Origin: Cyanophora paradoxa CCMP329
Taxonomy: Eukaryota; Plantae; Glaucophyta
NCBI GenBank assembly: GCA_004431415.1
Contig: QPMI01000709.1
Location: forward strand, 271,254 to 335,253
Direction: 5' to 3'
Length of the DNA stretch: 64,000 nucleotides
Every line of letters begins with the position of its first letter. Within the stretch, counting starts at the first letter, position 1. The position numbers and the translations under genes are program-made. Of the stretch, positions 10,319 to 20,360 are shown piece by piece. The notes under the pieces were generated by a model that was not told the DNA's origin, searched no databases, and was given only the letters and a program-made list of their open reading frames with translations.

Positions 10319-11164
10319 TTATGGGGTTGGGTTATCAATCACATCTGGTTCCTGGTAAAACCCTGTTTGAGAAAGAGTATCAGGAGTAACACCTCTTAGA
10401 GCTGAGACAGCAGCTATATCTGTTCTGATACCCATAACTGTAATTGTATATTTTCCAATATCTGTAACAAACAGATCATAGGTGAAATTGTTATTATAAA
10501 CACAGAACCCTGTGCCGAAATGATCATATCCTTGAACACTGAAATTGTATCTGTGACCTGGCTGGTTATTGTTGGCTCTACATAAAGAAAGCATTGCAGA
10601 AGGAATGACCAGCCCTCTCATTACTCTTTTGGTTCCTTCAATCAATTCAGAGTTTTCAAGTGTGACAGTATAACCTTGGTAAAATTGAATAATTGGCTGT
10701 TGTGCAACTGGTATATATAATCGAATTCGTTGTGGGTCTTCAACATTCTGTTCAAGAGTATCTGGGACATCATTGTATGCAATTGATGAGGAGAGTTGAC
10801 CTGAAACTCTGCAACCACCACCAATAAATGCTCCACCTGATCTCACAGTTACAGCAGCAGAATTCTTGTCAAAATCGAGGGCTTTCAGGTCTACACTGTA
10901 AGCATCAGGACCTCCATTAGTGGGTTGGAAGAAGTTCGCATTTGAGACAAGGAGTCGAGTTGTTTTAACCACACCTGAGTTTTTGTCGGCTCGAAGTTCT
11001 TTAACTCGAATAATCGAATTCTTATCAAAGGAGTTACCATTGGAATTGGGTCTCTCTGTGGATTCTAATCCACGAACCTCATCATTTACTTCATGCTGGC
11101 GAAAGTGCATAGCAGGGGATCCAAGGGAATATATTGGAAGTTGAACTCGATTATATTCACCCAT
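10319..11164 (-). CDS. Putative virion fibre/spike protein, paralogue B
   Basis: Same N-terminal domain; the C-terminal part resembles paralogue A (YD.FG, G.Y......RTD). Confidence 0.55.
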   Translation of the reverse strand: MGEYNRVQLPIYSLGSPAMHFRQHEVNDEVRGLESTERPNSNGNSFDKNSIIRVKELRADKNSGVVKTTRLLVSNANFFQPTNGGPDAYSVDLKALDFDKNSAAVTVRSGGAFIGGGCRVSGQLSSSIAYNDVPDTLEQNVEDPQRIRLYIPVAQQPIIQFYQGYTVTLENSELIEGTKRVMRGLVIPSAMLSLCRANNNQPGHRYNFSVQGYDHFGTGFCVYNNNFTYDLFVTDIGKYTITVMGIRTDIAAVSALRGVTPDTLSQTGFYQEPDVIDNPTP

Positions 11165-11295
11165 TGCTTCTTTTACTAAGAAGGAAAGAAAAATAAACGA
11201 CTTTCAAGAAGGACATGCAAGATACATGCCTTTCTTATGCATGATCTATGAAAAATAACAATTAACCCATCTCTCATTCTTCGAATTCGAGTTCT

Positions 11296-11559
11296 TTACA
11301 TAGGAGCACTCACAGGAATTTCGCTTGCCTTTCGAACAGTCCCCCTTGCAAACGCTTGCTCTACAATCGCTTCCTTTGTGAGTGGAATCGGAATTCCAGC
11401 GGCAATACACGATTTAACTTCTTTGTCCACAATCTCATCAATCGCGATTCTTGCCCTATTATGAGCCGCATTATCGATCCAATCCTGAACAGAGTAGGCA
11501 CAGTATTCCATTCCCAGTTTTTCAGTATCAGTTAGAACCACTTGGTAGATGTTTGACAT
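11296..11559 (-). CDS. Small protein resembling marine-phage tail-fibre-associated hypothetical proteins
   Basis: LTDTE...MEY.A.S.QDW.DNA..NRARIAIDEIV motif, recalled from cyanophage/pelagiphage ORFs that lie next to fibre genes; not searched. Confidence 0.6.
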   Translation of the reverse strand: MSNIYQVVLTDTEKLGMEYCAYSVQDWIDNAAHNRARIAIDEIVDKEVKSCIAAGIPIPLTKEAIVEQAFARGTVRKASEIPVSAPM

Positions 11560-11568
11560 TCTTTTACT

Positions 11569-12579
11569 CTATATTGCAGAAATTAATTCACCTTGCCATA
11601 CAGTGTAAGCTGTTCCAGCATCACCAAATAAGGCACCTTCATCAAGTTTGATTCGGACTGCATCGTTTCCAGCAAGATTAATAATAACATTGAACCCTAA
11701 ATTTCTGAATCCAGCACCACCTGCGACTCCTGTAAGACCACGCAATGCGACAGAAGCACCATTCACTGTCATAGTAACCCCTGTGTTAGTAGTAGTTGCC
11801 GATGTGGTGGTTCCTATAAATATGAACCGGTAGCTTCCTGGGACAGGTGCTGTAAATACCCCGTTTGCAAATGAAGAAGTATCTGCAAACACATGACCCC
11901 AGACAGTTATGTTTCCTATGGTGGTAACTGAACTGTTAAGTCCGACACAAAAACGTGGGTGATTTGGAGTTGACAGGTAACATGATGTCCCATTAACACT
12001 CAAACCATAATACGAATACTGTGTGCTATTATAAGTGTAGGTTTTTTTAAATGTAGAAGCAATCATTGCCCCACCTCTCTTGATCTCAAAATTGTCACTT
12101 GCACCCACAGTATCAATGGAATTCGTTTTAATTCCACCACTTGCTGTGAGCAACCCAGTAAATCCTCCTGTTGTCCCACTCACAGCCCCAGCATAATTGG
12201 TTGCTGTCACTGTCCCATTAACAGCGAGTCCAGTCCCAATCCATGCCCCGCCACTGTAAACTTGGAAAGCCGCCGAATTCCTATCAGCCGGATTAAAAGC
12301 CGTTTTGGAATCCTGTTGACCTTCATATAGATTTTCTTTGGTGACCAGCCCCGAAGAGATTGCGGGTCGATTCGATACGATTATTTGAGTAGCTTTAACG
12401 ACTCCATCAGCCTTGTCAGCTCGGAGTTCTTTGACTCTGAGTATGCTTTGGTCATTAAAAGAATCGGTTTTCGCTGTCTCAGTCGAAGGGTGGCTCGGAG
12501 ATAAATCATAGACTGTGTGTTGCACATTATGGACAGCACTGGCTGATAAGGAAAACACAGGTGTGAATACAGTCGACAT
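11569..12579 (-). CDS. Fibre protein, paralogue C, with a C-terminal C1q/TNF-like head
   Basis: Shared N-terminal domain; C-terminal F...G.FTAPVPG.Y.F and L..ND.V.I......L.......T.W.G.LI match C1q motifs. Confidence 0.7.
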   Translation of the reverse strand: MSTVFTPVFSLSASAVHNVQHTVYDLSPSHPSTETAKTDSFNDQSILRVKELRADKADGVVKATQIIVSNRPAISSGLVTKENLYEGQQDSKTAFNPADRNSAAFQVYSGGAWIGTGLAVNGTVTATNYAGAVSGTTGGFTGLLTASGGIKTNSIDTVGASDNFEIKRGGAMIASTFKKTYTYNSTQYSYYGLSVNGTSCYLSTPNHPRFCVGLNSSVTTIGNITVWGHVFADTSSFANGVFTAPVPGSYRFIFIGTTTSATTTNTGVTMTVNGASVALRGLTGVAGGAGFRNLGFNVIINLAGNDAVRIKLDEGALFGDAGTAYTVWQGELISAI

Positions 12580-12600
12580 CTTTTGATTGTTCTTTACTTA

Positions 12601-15600
12601 TTATGTGAGAATATTATTGTTTTGGAGAGGTCCGACAGCAATCCAATGGAGTTTAAGGGTGCGATTTGCTGCTGTGACATTTGTGAAATTAGTCGATGCG
12701 AAAGCTGTGAATCTAACGATCCATGTAAACTTAGTTTTTAGTCCTACTCTCTCATTATTAACATACTCAGGTCCGATATACACACAGTTGGTCATTTCCC
12801 AATTTACAGAGTTGTAGCTATTCTCGATAGAGGTAGTAATCACTGCATCACTATAAAATGGGGTAGAGAATACGACCGTTCCCGATAACTGAAAGGTCTC
12901 TCCTGCATTGTATATTCTATTTTCCAAAACTACATTCGCTGTCCCCTGTTGCACATATGCATTTGCATTCACATAATTACCGAAATTCGTAAGCAACTCT
13001 ATGCTGTGATTGTGAGTAGGTGGCGAAGTGGGTGTGTTAATTAAATCGTCATAGTTCCCGCTTGTAGCCACAGCATGCAAGTTTGGTGTATTAACGAGAT
13101 CATTATAGTTTCCACTTGTAGCCACAGCATGCAAGGTCGGTGCAGTAGGGGTGTTAGTTAAATCATTGTAGTCACCACTTGTAGCCACAGCATGCAAATT
13201 CGGTTTAGTAAATAGTCTATCCCATGTCCATTGAAAGGGAGTGTAGATTCTGATATAATTACACTTTGATCAATCCAACGAGGTATATAAGTGGTGAAAT
13301 CGGGAATTCTTGATAAATCATAGTAATCACCTGTGAATGCTACACTACTCCAAGTTGGCTTCTCCGTAATATCAGTCCATTTACCACTAAATCCTGCCGG
13401 GACATCTGTGAGTTCTTTGTAGCTCACCTTTTGCTTTGGTATGGAGAGTTCAATGGGCGAAAATGCACCTGAAAGGTAATTCTCAGAAGAGAAATACATG
13501 AGATTATGGCTGTTTGGGAACACATCCACAAGATTAAAGGTGAAATTCGTTGGTAATTCGACTCTACTAATTGGAGTGTTTGCATCTAATATATATTCAG
13601 CACCTGGGTGAACAACAGGAAATGTCTGAGCATTTGGAGTATCAACAAGGAAATTCGGAGCATGAACATCACCTGTGACAGTTCCACCAGTGAGAGGAAG
13701 GTAAGCACCCTCCACAGCAATTCCTGCGATGATTGTTGCTCCATTGTCTCTCAGATAATCCTCTGTTACCACTCTTGATATGGTCTCATTGTGAATATTC
13801 TTTGCTGCTGCCCTCTGATTAATTTCTAAAACTCCCTCACCAACTCCACCATTATAATTCGTTTTAATCCATGCAACCTCGCATTGTTTATAGTCATCTC
13901 GGTTCCCCAAAAGTGCATCTGGTAACAATCTCTCTCTGCTGAATATTAATTTCGGTCTTGATGAATCTAAATCACTCACATCAGTAACATTAATTTGGAT
14001 TGCTGCGTTTTTATCATCATAGTTTGCTGGATCAGATGGTAGAGAGATCAATCCTCCTGTCATTGGGATGTCATCTGCATAGTAGCTGGTAAGATAGATA
14101 CCTGGTTTGGTGTCTTTAATTTCAATACCACCACCAAGTCCCAATATTCCATTTCTTGTAGGGGTCTAATGTATAATTCGCCTTCCATTGTGGTGCCTGC
14201 ATCGATTCCTTTGCGATTCACATAGTAATCATTTAATTGTAATCTTTCTGGTGTGTCTATATTTTGGTAGAGACTTACCCCATTGTTAATATCTCCTAGT
14301 AAAACATTACCTGCTGATGCAAAAGTGGGCTGCTCTCGTATTTCGCTCCAAATATGTAAATGGTCTTCCGGCGGAAACTCAGGTGGTATTCCATCAATAT
14401 CGCCCCAATCATGCCTGTGATCTTCAGGTGGATATTTCTCAGGTTTACCTAAGATCTCATCCCAGTCATGGTTGTGATCCTCTGGTGGATATCTCGCGGG
14501 TTTATTGTTGATCTGCTCCCAGTCAAGGTACATCTCAAAAATCTCAGGTTGTAAACCATCTGGTAATAATTCTTCATGGGGTTCATATGGTTGCTCATAA
14601 TCAACAACTGGTGGTTCGTGACCATCTGCTAAATATTCCTCATGGGGTTCATAATTCTGCTCATATTCATACTCTTGTGGATCTAAACCATCTGGTAAAT
14701 ACTCTTCCTCATTGGGGTCATATTGATCATACTCATATTCCTGTGGGTCGAAACCATCAGGTAAATACTCTTCCTCATCTGGGACGAAGTAGTAATCATC
14801 AAGCTCCAAAATATCGATTTCAGGTGGTAGATACTGCTCATCAATCTGCTTTCTTGGTTCAATTATCGGTTTATTTCGAACCTGCTCCCAACTCACAATG
14901 TGTTGCCCAAAGGGAACTGTTTCATCTGCTGTATACTCTCTTCCTGGTTGCTTCTTGGGTGTTAAATCTGGTGGATCCCATGGAAGAGGGAAGGGAACTG
15001 GGAAAGGTCCATAATACTCAAAGATCTCTCTGATGGTCTTCTCACTTACAAGTTTCTCACCATTTGCATACACATTGCTTCCATGGATATTTCGCCATTG
15101 CCTGGTTCTGATACCAAGATCTTTGGTGTTGGTTACCAATGGTAAAAGGTGCCTATCCATTTCGACAAGGTCTGGGTGTAAATGAATTGTTACTGGTTGA
15201 GTGGGGCTACTGTTGACAGTGATAGACGCCTTATTCTTTGCTGTATCACCAGGTAATTGGAAACCGAATTGCGCATTAGAAGCCGAATTCGCCACAATAT
15301 CTCGTGGATAAACATTGTTAGTGAACTCGATTTTGTTGGTTTCTCCATGGGGGGCTATCTGTAATATTTCGGGAATTTGTGCAATTGCATTTGATCCTTC
15401 ATTATAGATTCTTAAACCACTCTGATGCCCACCCTTCTCATTTTGAACATTGAATATCAACCTTCCACTATCGAATCGAGTTGGAATATCTGGATGGGTT
15501 CCACTGGTTTTCAGTTTTCTTGGTCTGCTCCTGGTTGCTTTAATCTGGGCTACCTGATTCGATTTCACATTCCCCATGCTGAAAGCAACACTCACATCCT

Positions 15601-15793
15601 CTTTTTCAGGATCCATTTCGTTTATTGAAAGTGCATGCATTCTTGGGTGAGTCTTTGAGGGTTCATCTGCACTATGGTCGATTGAGATTGACCCTCTGGC
15701 TGTCAAGTTATCGAAATTTACATGTTTGTTATCTGCCTTCCCTCTTCCTGATGAAGGAATGGTTTGCAGGTTTGCTGGATAATTGAAACTCAT
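12601..15793 (-). CDS. Large (~1060-aa) fibre/shaft-like protein split by two single-base frameshifts
   Basis: ORFs 14060-15793, 13158-14144 and 12601-13197 join if one C is added to C-runs near 14163 and 13240. Contains EEYLPDG acidic repeats, H.H.W..I..KP repeats and LHAVATSG.Y.DL.N.P repeats. Confidence 0.7.
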
Positions 15794-15842
15794 CCCAATT
15801 TACTCTACTTATAGAGATTTATTAAATTTGAGTTAAGTAAAG

Positions 15843-17384
15843 ATGCCCCTTCGTGTAATTCTCTCATTATCAGGTGGGGGAGCTCGTGGTATAATTATTA
15901 CGAGATTGCTAAAAGAAATCGAAACTCGAACAGGAAAAAGAGTAATAGACCTTGTTGACCTGGTGAGTGGAACATCCACTGGTGGGATAATTGCAATCGG
16001 TCTCAATGTGAAAAATCCCGAATTTCCAAACGAACCTAAACTCACTGCAACCGATTTGCATTCCACTTATCTCAACCAACTGCCTTTAATCTTTGCAAAT
16101 CCCAGAAATATTATTGATAATGCACTTTTCAACACCAAGTATGATGTGACCCCATTGGAGACAGCCATTCTCACTGTTACTGGTGAGTCTCTCATCCAAG
16201 ACTCTCTAAAAGATGTGGTGATCACAAGTTTTGATACTGTGAGTATGAAGCCCATCTTTATTACCAATGATAACTTCTACAAATCCATCCCCAGCAAGAT
16301 TGCTGCAAGATCCACCTCTGCTGCTCCTACTTACTTCTCACCTGTGAACTATGATGGGATGTCTCTAATTGATGGTGCAATCTCAGGTAATAACAATCCC
16401 AGTGTATGTGGTTACAGCCATGCTAAGAAGATCTATGATGATGATGATGATATAATTGTGATCAGTATATCCTGTGGTGAGGTTAATGAAACAGATGCCC
16501 CCAATGTGGGATATTCCTATGAAGATGTGAACAGCTGGGGTATCCTCTCTTGGATTGCTTCGACCTCTGGAAGTCCATTAATTAATATGTTGATGGCTGC
16601 AAGTGAACTCTCAGCCCTGGAAAAGATGCAAGAGTTTCTCCCATATAATGATGACCAGGGATATGCAAGATATTATAGACTCTCTGTCCCACTTCCAAAG
16701 ACCATAGTAAACTCTCTGGATGATACCTCTAAGATCCCTGATATGATAGATGCAACCGAAATGTATATAGCAGCAAACACAGTCATGATTGATAGACTCT
16801 GTGATTTACTGGTTGCAAATTATGAAATCAAGAACCCTGCAAGGTTCTATATATCATCAACTCTGAATAACATGCCTCCCATTGATGCTAACTGGTATCT
16901 TCTATCAGATGGTGCATTCACTGCATCATCATCAAAAATTGGAAGGGAGGCATTTAAAGCAAGACCTTCATTAACTGGTTGGGAGGCAAATGCATCTGCT
17001 CCTGATGGGATATGGAGTGTTCCCACTGAGTATCTGCAAGTATCCTTCCCATATATATTTGAGGTAGCATCTATAATTGCATATGGTTCTGGTGTGACCA
17101 ATGCCTTTGTTAAAACCTTCAATGTTGCAACATCACAAGATGGTGTTTCCTGGTCATTTATCAAGTATGAAGGTGTGAATAGAGTGTTTATGTGTGAAAC
17201 AATTAATAATGCCCACAACAGTGGTGATGTCTCATACAGTTCTGGGTATCCCACCTCTATAAGAGACGTTTTCTATATTGGCTACCCTCTGAGGACAAGG
17301 TATATTCGTATTTATCCACTGGTATATATAAATACCCCAACAATGAGAGTGGATGTCACAGGTGCATTTATTCGAAGTGCATAG
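15843..17384 (+). CDS. Patatin-like phospholipase fused to a C-terminal discoidin (F5/8 type C) domain
   Basis: GGGARG oxyanion loop, GTSTG nucleophile, SAAPTYF and DGA catalytic Asp; C-terminal W.A, EYLQV, S.DG..W and RYIRIYP......MRV discoidin motifs. Confidence 0.88.
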   Translation: MPLRVILSLSGGGARGIIITRLLKEIETRTGKRVIDLVDLVSGTSTGGIIAIGLNVKNPEFPNEPKLTATDLHSTYLNQLPLIFANPRNIIDNALFNTKYDVTPLETAILTVTGESLIQDSLKDVVITSFDTVSMKPIFITNDNFYKSIPSKIAARSTSAAPTYFSPVNYDGMSLIDGAISGNNNPSVCGYSHAKKIYDDDDDIIVISISCGEVNETDAPNVGYSYEDVNSWGILSWIASTSGSPLINMLMAASELSALEKMQEFLPYNDDQGYARYYRLSVPLPKTIVNSLDDTSKIPDMIDATEMYIAANTVMIDRLCDLLVANYEIKNPARFYISSTLNNMPPIDANWYLLSDGAFTASSSKIGREAFKARPSLTGWEANASAPDGIWSVPTEYLQVSFPYIFEVASIIAYGSGVTNAFVKTFNVATSQDGVSWSFIKYEGVNRVFMCETINNAHNSGDVSYSSGYPTSIRDVFYIGYPLRTRYIRIYPLVYINTPTMRVDVTGAFIRSA

Positions 17385-17691
17385 AAATTCAGGACTTCTG
17401 ATGTATGGTGCGCCAGATTATGGCGATTTTTTACAGTAGCTACTGTATTTTCGCATTATTTTACTGTATGTTCCTTACAGTAGAAAGTAGCCGATTAATC
17501 GTTTTTTCGAAATATTTGTACGTAATATATACGTATATATACTCGAAACCTACATCATCGTGTAGATCTTTTCAAGCGCTTTCCAGCGCTATGTCGGCGG
17601 TCGCGATCTGATGATCTGGTGGTGAGATACAAGCGTTTGAAGATGCCGACAGCCCCACAGTCGTAACGTGAAGTGATGCCGACAGTAGTAA

Positions 17692-18346
17692 CGCGAACCG
17701 TCAAGTATATATGCACATATATACATTTTGACCACAAAATAGCGGATTGGTCGGTCGGCGACTCGGAGGTTCGATGTCACACGAAAAGTATGGTGTAGAT
17801 ATGGTGTATATATGTTGCACTCTTTCGGAGGTAATGACTTATTGTTGATATAGATATCAGTTATGACTCATTGTTGAGGTAGATATCCGAAGACGACTCA
17901 TTGTTGATATAGATATCAACAATTAGTCATAACCGGAGTCTTTCATCAATAGGGAAGCCAGAGTTTAGTATCGAATACAACAATCATAGATGTCTGCATC
18001 TGGAAATTCTATCTGCATCATCAAAAAGTCTTCTGCAATCTATCAGCCTCAACAACAATTCATAAGTTCTATCAGCCTCAAAACTCATTAATATTTTCTA
18101 TCAGCCTCAACAATCATGTACATCATCGCTATCGAATACAACTTCCATTGATGTTTTGTATCAAATACAACAATCATTACAAGATTGATGTCCAGAGGGA
18201 GCCCAGGAAATCCAACAGACAACTTTCGACATATATACCGCATATATACACAAAACCTCCGTAATCTCGGTTTGGTCAAACGGAATTTCTGGTAAAAAAG
18301 TGTATATATGTATATATATATATGCATATATACTTGACGGTTCGCG
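17692..18346. repeat. Internal island bounded by inverted repeats, containing short tandem repeats
   Basis: A perfect 24-bp IR (17692-17715 / 18323-18346) extends degenerately inward. Internal repeats are GACT(C/T)ATTGTTGA..TAGATATC x3 and TATCAGCCTCAA x3. Confidence 0.75.
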
Positions 18347-18494
18347 ATTGCGCGCAGTTCACAGTCAAGTTGAGTCAACCGATAAACGCAGGTAACTCTT
18401 CACCAACTGCTCCGTTTTCAATTCTGAAAGCAGATTCGGAATCCTCCCGACAGCGACTATCAGGTTTCGGTGAGATCGGGCACTAACAAAATAA

Positions 18495-18502
18495 AAAATT
18501 GA
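18495..18502 (+). promoter_or_regulatory. AAAATTGA giant-virus-type early promoter motif
   Basis: Exact octamer ~32 nt before the ATG at 18535; related motifs precede four other non-structural ORFs. Confidence 0.55.
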
Positions 18503-18534
18503 CAAGGATTTTCTGGATTCTCTCAACTTCTGCT

Positions 18535-18777
18535 ATGGATCCCATCTACCAAGACCCTGCTATCATCCATGCTGCCCAATCAGACTGGATCCATGATTTC
18601 AAAACTGCTTTCTATTACAATTTCTTCATGTCACAGCCAGAGCATGTGAGACTGTTCTTTGTTTACAATTACCAGCTGGTCTCAAACCTTGAAACTTTCT
18701 TCTTGGAAATTCTTGAAAAAGATAGACAAATGAGGAAAATTCGCCAGAGGTCTAAGAGATTCCGAAAGCGTTGTTAA
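18535..18777 (+). CDS. Small hypothetical viral protein with a basic C-terminal tail
   Basis: ATG at 18535 (MDPIYQ...) follows the AAAATTGA motif; C-terminus RKIRQRSKRFRKR is NLS-like. Confidence 0.5.
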   Translation: MDPIYQDPAIIHAAQSDWIHDFKTAFYYNFFMSQPEHVRLFFVYNYQLVSNLETFFLEILEKDRQMRKIRQRSKRFRKRC

Positions 18778-18778
18778 T

Positions 18779-20177
18779 CTATTTCCTCTGCCCACTTCGT
18801 AAATTGAAGCGAGTTTGGGGTGCAGTATATGTTTCCTTGGTGGTTGAAAAGTCATTATACCATCTCTGACTGTTAACTTCTGATAATTTCTGGGTTCCTG
18901 CTATGGTCAACTTCTTTAATTCTTTCTCTACTCTGCCTTCTTTTGTGCTCTTGCTTCTGTGAGGGGCTCTTTTGGTACTTCACTTGCTTTTTCTATGCCC
19001 TCCTTTCTGATTGCTGAATCAACCCTGGCTTCCTCTTTTGCCTGTTCAAGGGCATCCACTGTGGGGGTTTCATGATACTCAACACCTTTGATGGGCAGCA
19101 GTTCATGAAAAGCGAATCTACCATCAACTATCTCACCACTGGGGCTTCTGATTCTGAACTTGAAGCCCTCTCTTCCCTCTACACTATAAACAATTCGAGA
19201 CCAATTCACTCCCTGCTTTGCAAATGGGTTCTTTTCAACTTTCACTCTCACAAACATTCCAGGTTTCAGAGCATCGAGATACTCAATCGATTTCTTGAAT
19301 CTCTGATCCTCCATACTCACAATCTCTTTGTAGTGGGCTTCTGTGGTTTCTGCTGGTTTTCTCTTGGTTGCAGAGTGAATGGTGTTATTATAATTATACT
19401 CAATGTCACCCAACACATCAAAAAATCGTGCAGTATTATTTGCAATGCAGTAGTTTGTGATCAATCTCTTGATCTGCCTGTTAAAGGCTTCAATCCGACC
19501 TTGGGTTCTGTGATCTGCAACATCACTTAGTTGATGCTCAATGAATTTCGTTCCCAAATAATCTGTGAATAACACATTGGTAAATTCGCTTCCACTATCA
19601 CTCTGAATGCGAACAATAGGTCTGGGACTCTCTGTTCAAGTTGCTTGAATGCTGCAAGTGTAGTAAGAGCACTTTTGTCTCTCATTGGAATAATGAACCC
19701 TGTTCTCAGGGTTGACTCCATTGCACTCATAAATGTATCATAACCATCATTCTGCTTTTTGTATGCAGGAAAGAAGAGCAGATCAATCACATAGGTATCA
19801 AGGGGTTGCCTAATTAGAATCATGGGATCTCTCTTTCGAGATAGGGTGGGTGCATTAATTTGGACAACCTCCTGCTTATCATACCATTCTCTCATCTTCT
19901 TGTAGTTCTCCTCTGGTAGTTCCTGTCTCATTGCAGTAAATCCCTTGTAGCCTGTCCTGGGATCATAGAACTTCTTAGCAATCTTTGACTCTTTTGGTGC
20001 TGTCTCAGCTGGGAGTGTCTCTGGGATTAATTGCTTGACCATCTCTGATCTTTTTAATATTCGACTGCTCTTCTCCTCCACTGGAACTGTGATGGGCAGA
20101 ATATTCCCTCGATCTTCAATTGCTTCTTTTCTAACAATTCTGGGTGGTTGTCTCAATCCTATTTGTGTAGAAGGCAT
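18779..20177 (-). CDS. Retroviral-type (rve, DDE) integrase of the Polinton type, with frameshifts
   Basis: IDLL..., then QSDSGSEF after a one-base shift at ~19625, then GRIEAFNRQIK and YNNTIHS..KRKP. A second shift in an A-run at ~18940 extends the C-terminus to ~18779. Consistent with the 6-bp TSD. Confidence 0.9.
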
Positions 20178-20360
20178 CTTTACCTTATCTCTCATATAAT
20201 AAATGCAAGAGTCTGTGTGGAAGGAGAACACAATTCCCAACTATTTTGCAATCGAGCCCAATGATCCAGGATTAAGATGTATATGGCTGCTGCATTTAAT
20301 TCGCGGTTTATTACTTCTTGGAGAGCGAAACCAAAGAAAAAGAAAGATTGATGAAGTAGA

